Below are positions 48,540 through 58,668 of a stretch of DNA of 64,000 nucleotides, piece after piece. The translations under genes were made by a program, and so were the position numbers. Source of the stretch: an uncultured Candidatus Saccharibacteria bacterium (GTDB lineage: Bacteria > Patescibacteriota > Minisyncoccia > Phycocordibacterales > UBA5272). Each line of letters starts with the position of its first letter. Position 1 is the stretch's first letter. The notes under the pieces are model-generated. The model ran no database searches. It saw only the letters and a program-made list of their open reading frames with translations, and was not told where the DNA came from. The stretch is from positions 142,758 to 206,757 of the forward strand of contig CAZUPO010000001.1 of the NCBI GenBank assembly GCA_964621595.1, in the 5' to 3' direction.

Positions 48540-49656
48540 CTTGCGCGCCCTTGGTGCTGTGCATGAAGAAGGTGCTCGCTTTCCAAGTGTTGTCGCAACA
48601 TACAAAAAAGCAATCGAGGGTGTTGATCGTGGAACTGTCGTTAACGTAACCGAAGTAGCAAACGAAATAATTGAAGCAGTAGAATCACTTGAAGAGCAGT
48701 CCGGTTTGCGTAGTGCTCATACCCTTATTTCTCTTGGAGCAATTGGTCTTGGGTCGTCTCATTCAAACGGGCAAACGCAAGTCTCACGTGGAGATGCGTC
48801 TGTTACGGAACTTGATATCGAGCACGCGATAAAAGATGGTCATGGCGGAATACCTGACATACGTAATAAATCTGTTGTTCATAGTATTCCAATGAAATAC
48901 AAGGTGGATGGAAATGACACACCAGGTGAAATCATCGGTGTGCGAGGAAATAAACTTGAGGTAAAAACACTCTTCATTACCTACCCACTACAATGTATGA
49001 ATAGTTTGAAGAAGGCGCTTGATATGGCACACGTGCGTGTGACCGACATTGTTGCTGGACCGATTGCGGAAAGTATTCCCCTCCTTTCCAAAAAACAAAA
49101 AATGGCTGGTGTAGCACTTGTAAATATAGGAGCGCAAGTGACCTCAATTCTTGTGTACGAAAATAACACACCGTTACTTGTATCGACAATTGCCGTGGGT
49201 GGAGATGACATCACGCGAGATATTGCCCTTGGTTTAAAAACAACTTTAGAAGACGCTGAAGATATCAAATGTGGTAGATCAACGCAACTATATCCAAAAC
49301 GACGTCTCGAGGAAATAATAGAAGCACGCCTAGAAGATATCTGTACAAAAATAACTAAAGAATTTTCTCGTATACAACGAGCAGAGTTACTACCGGCAGG
49401 AATAATTATCTGTGGATCATCATCACTAACACCGTCACTTGAAGTAGTATTTCGACGTGAACTAAAACTTCCAATAAAAATTATTCGTGATGAATTACGA
49501 AAAATTACCGGAGATAAGGTTCGTGATAGTGGATGGGCTCGAAGTTACGGTTTAGCATTCCTGGCGCCACATGATACAGAAAAAGATGTTTTAGCTGAGG
49601 TACTGACATCATTTTTTACTCGTGTCAAGAAGTCACTAAGTCAATTTTTACCTTAA
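48487..49656 (+). CDS. ftsA: Cell division protein FtsA
   Basis: VGLDIGS, NIGA..T, GG..IT.DIA..L, AE.IK; directly upstream of ftsZ. Confidence 0.93.
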   Translation: MARTTKEMIVGLDIGSGSLRALGAVHEEGARFPSVVATYKKAIEGVDRGTVVNVTEVANEIIEAVESLEEQSGLRSAHTLISLGAIGLGSSHSNGQTQVSRGDASVTELDIEHAIKDGHGGIPDIRNKSVVHSIPMKYKVDGNDTPGEIIGVRGNKLEVKTLFITYPLQCMNSLKKALDMAHVRVTDIVAGPIAESIPLLSKKQKMAGVALVNIGAQVTSILVYENNTPLLVSTIAVGGDDITRDIALGLKTTLEDAEDIKCGRSTQLYPKRRLEEIIEARLEDICTKITKEFSRIQRAELLPAGIIICGSSSLTPSLEVVFRRELKLPIKIIRDELRKITGDKVRDSGWARSYGLAFLAPHDTEKDVLAEVLTSFFTRVKKSLSQFLP

Positions 49657-49765
49657 ATTACAAAGGTTTTTTGAGAAAACGGTCATTTTCCCTTCATTTT
49701 GCAAAAGTTACCATAAGTTGGTATAGTTAGAGCATATAAAAAAGAGATTTAATAAAGCACGTCCT

Positions 49766-50986
49766 ATGGCCAAAGTTAACCCTGAAATTGAAAGTTTCGC
49801 ACGCATTAAAGTAATCGGAATTGGTGGTTCTGGAAAAGGAGCACTTAACCACATGATCAACTCAAAACTTCAAGGGGTTGAATTCATCGCGATGAATACA
49901 GACACACAAGATCTTCATCACTCTTTGGCTGAAAAGAAAATTCACATTGGTAAAAATCTCACAAAAGGACTTGGCGCTGGAATGGATCCAGAAGTAGGTA
50001 AGCGTTCAGCAGAAGAAACAAAAGAAGAAATCCAAGATGTACTCAAAGGCTCGGACATGGTCTTTATTGCAGGTGGTATGGGAGGAGGAACAGGAACTGG
50101 TGCTGCTCCTGTTGTTGCATCAATTGCAAAGAACGAAGGCATCCTCACAGTTGGTGTAGTCACCAAACCTTTCTTCTTCGAAGGTGCGTCACGCATGAAG
50201 TTAGCAGAACGTGGACTCGAGGAACTTGAAAAGGAGGTGGACGCTCTTATCGTTATCCCTAACGACCGTCTTCTTTCTATTATCGACAAGAACACTTCAG
50301 TGAAGCAAGCGTTTGAGATGTGTGATGAGGTGTTGAAACAAGCCGTTGAGGGTATTTCTGACATTATTCGTACAGCAGGAACGATCAACCTCGACTTTGC
50401 TGATATCAAGCGCATTCTCAAAGACTCAGGAACAGCACTTATGGGTGTAGGACGTGGTGTTGGTGAAAATCGTGCGCGGGAGGCAGCAGTTGCAGCAGTA
50501 AACTCCCCTCTTCTGGATGTCTCTATTCATGGAGCGAAAGGTGTTCTCTTTGCAATTTACGGCGCTGAAGACCTTGGAATGCTCGAGGTGCAAGAGGCTG
50601 CTAAGATCATCACTGAATCTGTAGACAAGGACGCAAAGATCATCTTTGGTATCGCAATTGATAGTTCACTCAAAAAAGACGAGATTAAAGTAACTGTGAT
50701 CGCAACAGGCTTCCCTACAACATTCTCTTCACGTGCAACAGGAAATATGGCTACGGAACGAAAAGAACCTACTATCATCAAGCCAGAGCCACGCGTTGAG
50801 AAAAATGAAACGGTTCGTCAAGCAATCAATGAAGAAAAGCGCATTGATCATGTTGTAGAAGAAGCGAAAGTTGTCGAGGACGACGATTCGAAAAAAGCCA
50901 CTGGTAAGAAGACTGTGTTTAAATTCGAGGACGACGAAGATGATGACTGGGAAGCATTACCACCATTCCTTCGTCGCAAGAAGTAA
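49766..50986 (+). CDS. ftsZ: Cell division protein FtsZ
   Basis: GGGTGTG, NLDFAD, C-terminal LPPFLRRKK. Confidence 0.99.
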   Translation: MAKVNPEIESFARIKVIGIGGSGKGALNHMINSKLQGVEFIAMNTDTQDLHHSLAEKKIHIGKNLTKGLGAGMDPEVGKRSAEETKEEIQDVLKGSDMVFIAGGMGGGTGTGAAPVVASIAKNEGILTVGVVTKPFFFEGASRMKLAERGLEELEKEVDALIVIPNDRLLSIIDKNTSVKQAFEMCDEVLKQAVEGISDIIRTAGTINLDFADIKRILKDSGTALMGVGRGVGENRAREAAVAAVNSPLLDVSIHGAKGVLFAIYGAEDLGMLEVQEAAKIITESVDKDAKIIFGIAIDSSLKKDEIKVTVIATGFPTTFSSRATGNMATERKEPTIIKPEPRVEKNETVRQAINEEKRIDHVVEEAKVVEDDDSKKATGKKTVFKFEDDEDDDWEALPPFLRRKK

Positions 50987-51008
50987 TTACTAGTGGAATA
51001 ATCATAGA

Positions 51009-51052
51009 GTCAAAACATAATACCCTTCTACAGAAGGGTATTATGTTTTGAC
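51009..51052 (+). terminator. Inverted repeat after ftsZ (21-bp arms)
   Basis: GTCAAAACATAATACCCTTCT-ac-AGAAGGGTATTATGTTTTGAC. Confidence 0.75.
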
Positions 51053-51160
51053 CGTGGTTACACCAGTTACATTACCATGTATTCTACAAAAATTTACAAC
51101 TTCCCCACTCCTAGGCTATACTAATATTCCACATACCAACTAATTACTACTAACCACCTT

Positions 51161-52075
51161 ATGTACGACCTTATTATCATCGGCGGAGGACCAGCAGGAA
51201 CCGCAGCCGCAGTATACGCAGCCCGAAAACAGTTAAAGACACTTCTTATTGTAAAAGAATGGGGTGGCCAATCAACTGTTTCTGATGATATTCAGAACTG
51301 GATTGGTACTCCACATATTTCTGGAATAAAACTTGCCGAAGCACTCAAGAGTCATGTTCTAGAATACAAGAGTGACATACTAGAAATAGCGGAAGGAAAC
51401 TACGTAACAAATATCTCTGGAACAGAAGGCAACTTCACTGTCACGCTTGAGGGCGGTGCAACTAAAAATGGTAAAACAATTCTCATTGCAACAGGATCAT
51501 CACGTAGAAAATTAGAGATCCCTGGTGCTAATACATTTGAAAATAAAGGTATCACCTACTGCGCATCATGTGATGGACCACTATTTGGAGGCATGGATGT
51601 CGTGGTTGTTGGTGGAGGAAATGCTGGATTTGAATCTGCGGCCCAACTCCTTGCATATTGTAAAAGTGTCACCCTGCTCTCTCGTAGTGAGCCGCGAGCG
51701 GATGAAATAACCGTAAAAAAACTCCTCGAGAAACCAAACTTTAAACTCGTAACATTTGCTACCCCGAAAGAAATTACAGGTTCTGTGTTTGTGGAATCAA
51801 TTACGTACACCGATAAGGATGGAAAAGATACGACACTTCCCGTTGCTGCTGTGTTTGTCGAAATTGGCCAGATCCCAGCAACGGACTTTGCAAAAGATCT
51901 AGTTAAACGCAATGAATTAAACCAAGTCATCATCGACCCTCGAACCCAAGAAACAAGTACAAAGGGCGTTTGGTCAGCGGGAGACTGTACTGATGTTCTC
52001 TACCACCAAAATAACATCGCCGCAGGAGACGCAGTGCGTGCACTCGAAGACATATACCTCCACATTCATGCATAA
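51161..52075 (+). CDS. trxB: Thioredoxin reductase / AhpF-like FAD oxidoreductase
   Basis: GGGPAG, ATG, CASCD, GGGNAG, AGD. Confidence 0.85.
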   Translation: MYDLIIIGGGPAGTAAAVYAARKQLKTLLIVKEWGGQSTVSDDIQNWIGTPHISGIKLAEALKSHVLEYKSDILEIAEGNYVTNISGTEGNFTVTLEGGATKNGKTILIATGSSRRKLEIPGANTFENKGITYCASCDGPLFGGMDVVVVGGGNAGFESAAQLLAYCKSVTLLSRSEPRADEITVKKLLEKPNFKLVTFATPKEITGSVFVESITYTDKDGKDTTLPVAAVFVEIGQIPATDFAKDLVKRNELNQVIIDPRTQETSTKGVWSAGDCTDVLYHQNNIAAGDAVRALEDIYLHIHA

Positions 52076-52203
52076 GAGCACACTATTGCATTAGAAAAAG
52101 CGGAGGAGGACTCCGCTTTTTCTATCTAGAATAGAGTATAGAAAAAAATTTTATAAAAAACAAGACTTACAAAACTAAGCGCTGGTGATATCATTATAAC
52201 CAC

Positions 52204-53943
52204 ATGCAAAAATATACTTATTTAACAAAAGAGGCTTGGAAATTACTCCGACCATTCCATCGGTATTTTTATATTCACCTTGTGATGATATTTTTAATCT
52301 CGGCCATTGGAGTCTACGTTGTTACTGTCGAAGGAAGAATATTTACAGCTATAGCAAACAAGGATATTCAAAATTTTTACCACATACTGATAACACTTGT
52401 AGGTCTTTACACAGTACTTACAGTAGTAACATTCCTACGAGAATACAATGAGAAGAGTCGACTAGACCATGATATCGCCCAACATCTTCAACATGTTTCA
52501 TTTTCCAAGATATTACACCTCACCGTAGAACAGCACATAGAAGATCATTCAGCCATCAAGCAGCAGATCATCGTCCGTGGAGAAAATGCTGTCGAGGCGA
52601 TAATAAAAGCCTATATTAATGACTTTTTCCCAAACATACTTTACATCATACTAAGTCTTGTGGCCCTTACGTACTACAATATCTATGTCGGACTTGCTAG
52701 TTTTTTCTTTGCATTTATCTTGGCCCTATGGATGAATCATTTTTTGAATTTTTATAAACCTCTCGTGAAGAAGAATCGTGATAACTGGACCGAACAAGGT
52801 AGAACAAGAACTGAGGCATTCACACACCTGCAACTCATTAAACTACTAGGAAGAGAAGACTACTTTATTACGAAGTATCTTGAGAAGCGAAAAGGATTTG
52901 CCAATTTTGGAAAATATATAAATATTCTTGCGGTGCGACACCGAGGTAAAAAGAATGCCTACTCAGAAGGCTCACAACTTATACTACTTATTACCGTTGG
53001 ATTACTTACATTTACCGGGGGTATTAATCTCGCAACCGTATATGTTGTTTGGTATCTTGTGGCCAGATTGTTTTGGGCAGTCTCTGGACTTTCTAATGCA
53101 TTACGAGACCTACCTCTACGCTACACAGAGTCAGAACAATACTTCGAGGCAATAGAAAAGAAGCCTTTATTTAGTGAATCTGGGGTAAAGGATATCGACT
53201 TCATGGCACCTATTACATTTACCAATGTCACATTTTCATATCCAAAATCAACACAACCTGTCTTTACCAATCTTTCTTGTACAATACTTCCTGGCAAAGT
53301 AACTGCTTTTGTTGGATCTTCTGGCTCTGGAAAATCTACCATTGTTAAGTTACTACTGCGAGCATACTCGTACTCAACCGGAAATATTACCCTTGGAGAC
53401 ACTGAATTACAAAAGATTGATGCTCACCACCTACGAGAACATATTGGCTACGTGGAACAGCATGTTGATTTGCTTGATGATACAGTTCTTGAAAATATCC
53501 TTATTGGTGTTCCCACAAACAAACGACACGAAGCAGAGAAAAAGATAGACGAGATTGCAAAACTTACCCGTATTGACCAATTTTATGCCCGACTTGGAGA
53601 GAAAAAGTTTACTACCATTGTGGGAGAACGTGGCATTAAACTCTCTGGTGGTGAACGACAGAGAATCGGTATTGCGCGAGCAATTATCAAGAACCCTGAG
53701 ATACTTATCTTCGATGAAGCAACATCTTCTCTCGATACTGAAAATGAGAAGTACGTAATGGAAGCAATTGATAATGTTTCCAAAGGAAAGACAACAATAA
53801 TTATTGCTCATCGTCTCTCCACGATACGAAATGCTGATAAAATTATAGTAATGGACAAAGGGAAACTGGTTGGGCAAGGAACTCATGATGAACTACTTGC
53901 AACAAACGACGTATACAAAAACCTTGTTGCTCATCAACTCTAA
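52204..53943 (+). CDS. ABC exporter (fused TMD-NBD)
   Basis: GSSGSGKST, LSGGERQR, IFDEATSSLD, IAHRLST; N-terminal TMs. Confidence 0.93.
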   Translation: MQKYTYLTKEAWKLLRPFHRYFYIHLVMIFLISAIGVYVVTVEGRIFTAIANKDIQNFYHILITLVGLYTVLTVVTFLREYNEKSRLDHDIAQHLQHVSFSKILHLTVEQHIEDHSAIKQQIIVRGENAVEAIIKAYINDFFPNILYIILSLVALTYYNIYVGLASFFFAFILALWMNHFLNFYKPLVKKNRDNWTEQGRTRTEAFTHLQLIKLLGREDYFITKYLEKRKGFANFGKYINILAVRHRGKKNAYSEGSQLILLITVGLLTFTGGINLATVYVVWYLVARLFWAVSGLSNALRDLPLRYTESEQYFEAIEKKPLFSESGVKDIDFMAPITFTNVTFSYPKSTQPVFTNLSCTILPGKVTAFVGSSGSGKSTIVKLLLRAYSYSTGNITLGDTELQKIDAHHLREHIGYVEQHVDLLDDTVLENILIGVPTNKRHEAEKKIDEIAKLTRIDQFYARLGEKKFTTIVGERGIKLSGGERQRIGIARAIIKNPEILIFDEATSSLDTENEKYVMEAIDNVSKGKTTIIIAHRLSTIRNADKIIVMDKGKLVGQGTHDELLATNDVYKNLVAHQL

Positions 53944-54275
53944 GAAACTGACAACGCTACGTCTATCCACTCTTGCAGCAATTCTCTTTCTTCTAGTACA
54001 TCTCCTGGTACTAAAAAGTAATTCATCGTTTGGATCTTTTTCTTGCCAGTTGTTTTGTCCTTCTTTGTGTAAGAAAATTTTTTAGAACCTCTCTCTAGGT
54101 ACCACTTCTCTGTATTCTTTGCCCCCTTAAACCACAAGGTCTCATCATCAACGATTGCAAACACTTTTCCTTTGCTATAGAGAACAAACCCTCCCATCAT
54201 CGCGCGAGCCGTAACCTGAAGTGACTCATCAAGAGCATCGTACTGTACGTAATCTAAAAATGAACTCCTTTTCAT
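53940..54275 (-). CDS. TfoX/Sxy N-terminal domain protein
   Basis: RAMMGG..LY..GKVFAI, F.Y, MNYF.VP. Confidence 0.85.
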   Translation of the reverse strand: MKRSSFLDYVQYDALDESLQVTARAMMGGFVLYSKGKVFAIVDDETLWFKGAKNTEKWYLERGSKKFSYTKKDKTTGKKKIQTMNYFLVPGDVLEERELLQEWIDVALSVS

Positions 54276-55552
54276 GCAAGTAGAAAAAACAGTGTAAGAA
54301 TACTTGCAACCCCCATAACGCCTGTTATAATCCATCCGAGGAAACTCTGCAATTTTGTATTCTTCCATTCACCCATGATTTTTTCTTGTGATGAAATATA
54401 CACAATAATAAAAAGCAGTACTGGTGCTATTACTCCATTTAAAACAGCAGAATAAAAAAGTGCTTTCATTGGTGGCAATCCAGAGAACAACATAAGTAGA
54501 CCAAGAGCCATGGAAACGATAATAATAAGATAAAATGCTTTTGCTTCCTTGTATGTGTATCCAAGTCCCTGTCGTACATTTAAAGCCTCTGCGAGTGCAT
54601 ACGCGCTTGATCCGGCTAAAATAGGAACGGCAAGCAAGCCTGTACCAACAATACCGAGGGTGAAGAGTAAGTATGCCTTATCCCCTGCAATAGGAAGGAG
54701 GGCTTTTGCAGCATCTCCGGCTGTTTCAATAGATGTAATCCCCTCAGGATACAGCACCGACCCACACACGGTGATAATGAAAAACATAACCAGGTTGGAA
54801 AAAAACATCCCCGACCACACATCGAAACGCATGTCGCTCATCGCTATATCATTTCGAATATTTGTATCTACGGCATCAAAATCATTATGCAATTTTTTTG
54901 CACTACGTTTTTCTTCTACTTCCTGTGAAGTTTGCCAAAAGAACAAATATGGTGAAATAGTTGTACCTAGCAAAGCACAAATAAGAATTATGGCATCCTT
55001 AGACCATGTAATGTGCGGCACAAACATATGATGAAGGACTTCGTTCCAGTCTAAATCAACAATGAATGCTGCTGCAATATAAAAAACGAGTGAGAATGAA
55101 AGATACTTTATATAGTGAGCATATTTGTAGTACGGCACAAAAACTTGTAGTGTAAGCGAAAATAATGTAAAAAACAGAACCACGCTTACTAGAGAAACCT
55201 GCGGGAATAGCAACTGTACCGCCTCACCAACAGCACTCATATCAGCTCCAATATTAAAGGTATTGGCAACCACAAGCAGTATGGTTGTCACGTAGAGCAC
55301 ATACTTTGGCATGTACGTACGTATGGCAGAGGCAAGTCCCTTGCCTGTAACAATACCAAGCCGTGCACACATTTCCTGAATAATAGCCATAAAGGGAAAT
55401 GTGAACAGTGACATCCAAAGAAATGTGAAACCGTGCCCTGCTCCGGCTTGAGAATACGTTGCTATTCCTGATGGATCATCATCCGCGGCACCAGTAACAA
55501 CACCTGGTCCGATCTTTTTCCAGTACGCCTTGAACTTATGTAGTAATTCCAT
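54272..55552 (-). CDS. Nramp-related divalent metal transporter
   Basis: GPGVVTGAADDDPSGIATYSQAGA, GTTISPY. Confidence 0.9.
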   Translation of the reverse strand: MELLHKFKAYWKKIGPGVVTGAADDDPSGIATYSQAGAGHGFTFLWMSLFTFPFMAIIQEMCARLGIVTGKGLASAIRTYMPKYVLYVTTILLVVANTFNIGADMSAVGEAVQLLFPQVSLVSVVLFFTLFSLTLQVFVPYYKYAHYIKYLSFSLVFYIAAAFIVDLDWNEVLHHMFVPHITWSKDAIILICALLGTTISPYLFFWQTSQEVEEKRSAKKLHNDFDAVDTNIRNDIAMSDMRFDVWSGMFFSNLVMFFIITVCGSVLYPEGITSIETAGDAAKALLPIAGDKAYLLFTLGIVGTGLLAVPILAGSSAYALAEALNVRQGLGYTYKEAKAFYLIIIVSMALGLLMLFSGLPPMKALFYSAVLNGVIAPVLLFIIVYISSQEKIMGEWKNTKLQSFLGWIITGVMGVASILTLFFLLA

Positions 55553-55628
55553 AGTTCTTAGAAGTATAGCGAAAGTATGGGAAATATGACAAGGAGAACG
55601 CACAGGTTTATACACAGAGGACGAGCAA

Positions 55629-55652
55629 AATTATATCATATGTGATATAATT
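55629..55652. promoter_or_regulatory. Candidate operator overlapping -10 of HTH-murA
   Basis: AATTATATCA-tatg-TGATATAATT, perfect 10-bp arms; right arm contains TGaTATAAT, 7 nt before ATG. Confidence 0.6.
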
Positions 55653-55658
55653 ATTCTT

Positions 55659-57173
55659 ATGTCACCAAATGATCAAGAAAAAATAGGTCTTTTTATAAAG
55701 AAGTTGCGTGAGGAACGCGGTATGACCCAAGAAGACTTCGCAAAACGTCTGAAGACTTCTCAGTCAGCAGTTGCACGCATAGAAAGTGGTAATCAAAATG
55801 TAACTGTAGAGCAGCTCCTGAAGATTGGAGAAGTCTTGAAGCATAATATCATTGGCATCCAAGACACGATTGACTTCCAGGTTGAGGGTGGAAGGAAACT
55901 TCATGGAAGCATTTCGACCAATACTTCAAAAAATGGAGCGATCAATATGATGGTGGCCGCTCTTGTCAACGAAGGTACGACTATTCTGCGTGATATTCCT
56001 CATATCGAAGAAGTGAACCGCTACAAAGAACTACTAGAAAGTGTCGGGGTTAAGATTAGATGGATATACGATGATACGGCGCTAGAAATTAATCCTCCAA
56101 AAAAACTATCGTTTGCAACTATCGACGCCTCGGTCGCTGAAAAAATACGATCATTCACCTTTGCGGGAGCATTTATTCATTATGGTAAAACATTTAAAAT
56201 CCCCCATTCTGGTGGATGTAAGATGGGTGAACGAACAGTTGCTTCACATAAATATGCCCTTGATTATCTCGGGGTTAGTATAGAAACCAAAGATAATCAC
56301 TACGTTATTTCACATAAACATCTTCATCCTGGTGTAATACCGCTATATGAATCCTCTGATACTGGAGCAATTACTGCTATCATTGCTGCCGCTAGAATAC
56401 CTGGAAAAACAACGATCATGTTTGCACCCCCTAACTATCAAGTGCAGGATGTGTGTTTCTTACTTGAGCGTTTCGGTATCACTATTGAAGGAATTGGAAC
56501 AACGACGCTCATTGTTCATGGAAAAGAAAAAGTTCATACTACGGTTGAGCACTTTAACAGTGAAGACCCGATAGAGAGTATGTTTTTCCTTTCTGCTGGA
56601 ATCGTAACTCGATCAACTTTGACTGTGAAGCGTTGCCCTATTCTTTTTCTCACCCTTGAATTAGAAAAATTGAAACGCATGGGCCTTAAGTATAAAGTGT
56701 CTAAAGAGTACATGGCAAAAAATGGTCGCACTATTCTTGCAGATATAACTGTACAACCTTCACATCTCGTGGCACCTCATGACAAGATTCACACCCAACC
56801 ATATCCGGGGATTAATAATGATAACCTCCCCTTCTTTGTTCCTGTTTGTACATTTGCTGAAGGTCAAACGCTCATTCACGATTGGACGTGGGAAAACAGA
56901 GCAATCTATTTCACAGAACTGAATCGTCTTGGTGCAGAGGTAAAATTACTTGATCCACACCGTGCACTGGTAAATGGGGTGCAACGCCTTCGTGGAGCAC
57001 AGATTGTATCTCCCCCGGCACTGCGCCCTACTGCCATTATTTTGATTGCTATGCTCGCAGCCGAGGGTACGTCACTTCTTCGAAACGTATACTCCATTAA
57101 GCGTGGTTATGCTGATATCGCTGAGAGATTGAACTCTATAGGTGCAAAAATTACTGTATTGCGAGGAGTGTAG
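55659..57173 (+). CDS. murA: XRE-HTH fused UDP-N-acetylglucosamine 1-carboxyvinyltransferase
   Basis: LREERGMTQ..FA..L.TSQSAVARIESG HTH; SKN, GGC.MG.R, YPG, ENR, RGY MurA motifs. Confidence 0.88.
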   Translation: MSPNDQEKIGLFIKKLREERGMTQEDFAKRLKTSQSAVARIESGNQNVTVEQLLKIGEVLKHNIIGIQDTIDFQVEGGRKLHGSISTNTSKNGAINMMVAALVNEGTTILRDIPHIEEVNRYKELLESVGVKIRWIYDDTALEINPPKKLSFATIDASVAEKIRSFTFAGAFIHYGKTFKIPHSGGCKMGERTVASHKYALDYLGVSIETKDNHYVISHKHLHPGVIPLYESSDTGAITAIIAAARIPGKTTIMFAPPNYQVQDVCFLLERFGITIEGIGTTTLIVHGKEKVHTTVEHFNSEDPIESMFFLSAGIVTRSTLTVKRCPILFLTLELEKLKRMGLKYKVSKEYMAKNGRTILADITVQPSHLVAPHDKIHTQPYPGINNDNLPFFVPVCTFAEGQTLIHDWTWENRAIYFTELNRLGAEVKLLDPHRALVNGVQRLRGAQIVSPPALRPTAIILIAMLAAEGTSLLRNVYSIKRGYADIAERLNSIGAKITVLRGV

Positions 57174-57222
57174 AAGTGACAGATGTTGGGTTGTAGGTAT
57201 TAGGCGTTAGTAAATACTTAGT

Positions 57223-57261
57223 AAATACAATGAGCGCGCCTGCGGCGCGCTCATTGTATTT
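57223..57261. repeat. Palindrome with GCCTGCGGC core (REP-like / bidirectional terminator)
   Basis: 18-bp perfect arms, 3-nt loop, flanked by inward-facing TAG-N4 arrays. Confidence 0.75.
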
Positions 57262-57307
57262 TTATGTATCTGTATTCTTCTACAACCTAACACCTGAAAC
57301 CTACAAA

Positions 57308-58108
57308 CTAATCCAAGGTCACCCGTCCCTCTTTTCGTTGCATGCCATGTTTAGGCATACGTACGTAGAATGTAGATCCTACATCTTGTTTGGATTCAAA
57401 CCATACATCACCACCTACTTTTGCAATGATACAAGAAACCATGTAGAGACCAAGTCCTGCTCCCGCCCCTTCTACTTCACCAGAATTACTTCCCTTAAAG
57501 AATTCTGAGAAGATTTTCTCTTTGTCAGATTCTGGTATACCTATTCCATTGTCTTTGACCGAAATCAAAAAACTATCTTCAGGAAAGGCTTTTCCAGCAA
57601 CTTGAGACCCTTGTGGGAACTCCTTAATGCTTAGTTCTACTTCAGAATTTTCTTTAGAGAACGCGATTGCATTAAGGAGCAGGGTGCGTATAAGGACGAG
57701 ACAAATTTTTTTGTCCGCCTGAACACTCGCAAGCATTCCTGGAACAGCACCTTCGTATTGTTCGCGTATACATATCCCTTTACGAGCACTCGAAGGGCTG
57801 ACCTCTTGGAGAGCATCTTTTACGATGAAGCGTAAGTCAATCTCTACTGGTGTAACACTAAAAGTACCCAGACTAAGTCTGGATACATTTAGTATTGATC
57901 GTATAAGATCAATAGCGCGTATATTGCTTGCCTGAATAACGTTTAGATACTTTTTTTGTTCTTCATTTAGTTCGCCGCAATCACCATCGAGCAGCATTTC
58001 CGTATACCATTTGGTTATAGAAAGTGGTGTTCGTAGTTCATGGGCTACGACAGAGAGAAATTGCTCTTCTCCGTTGTTATGAGGATGTTCTTCACGTGTA
58101 TCAGACAT
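57308..58108 (-). CDS. Histidine kinase (HisKA + HATPase only)
   Basis: AHELRTPL, NAI, DNGIGI, GAGLGL, GSTF. Confidence 0.9.
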   Translation of the reverse strand: MSDTREEHPHNNGEEQFLSVVAHELRTPLSITKWYTEMLLDGDCGELNEEQKKYLNVIQASNIRAIDLIRSILNVSRLSLGTFSVTPVEIDLRFIVKDALQEVSPSSARKGICIREQYEGAVPGMLASVQADKKICLVLIRTLLLNAIAFSKENSEVELSIKEFPQGSQVAGKAFPEDSFLISVKDNGIGIPESDKEKIFSEFFKGSNSGEVEGAGAGLGLYMVSCIIAKVGGDVWFESKQDVGSTFYVRMPKHGMQRKEGRVTLD

Positions 58109-58125
58109 GCACTATTAGGAACGCG

Positions 58126-58575
58126 TTAGCGAGTTACAGAGATAGTAGCACCTTGCTCTGGGAACTGTGCAGTTACCGTGATGCGGCCGTTCGCTGAACG
58201 ACTGATTTGGTACCCTACACCGTTAGCATTTGTCTTCTGTGGTTCAGTTGGGATCGCTGTAATGTACTTCTCATTAAGAGTAAGTACTGAGAGGTCTACA
58301 AGACCAGCACAAGATGAAGCCCCTGTTGCACAGATTTCTGTTGATGTTGCAGTTACTGACGCTGGAAGTACTCCATTGTTATCAAGAGAGTATTGGTACG
58401 CAGCGTTAAGGATGGTAGTAACATCAGAACGACGTTGTGCGTTACGAGTGTCACCAAGTTGCTTACCTGGGTTAATCGCAACAATCACAATACCAGCCAA
58501 GATTGCAATAGCAGCAACCACGAGAAGGATTTCAATAAGGGTGAATCCCTTCTGACTACGAAGTAGTTTTTTCAT
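58126..58575 (-). CDS. Type IV major pilin
   Basis: KGFTLIEILLVV class III signal; own promoter region. Confidence 0.9.
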   Translation of the reverse strand: MKKLLRSQKGFTLIEILLVVAAIAILAGIVIVAINPGKQLGDTRNAQRRSDVTTILNAAYQYSLDNNGVLPASVTATSTEICATGASSCAGLVDLSVLTLNEKYITAIPTEPQKTNANGVGYQISRSANGRITVTAQFPEQGATISVTR

Positions 58576-58668
58576 AGAAATTATTAACGTAAAAACAATT
58601 AGATACTAATAAGTTTGGTAATTATGCATAATAACCTACCTCTTTTAGTATATCAAATAGAAAAGGCT

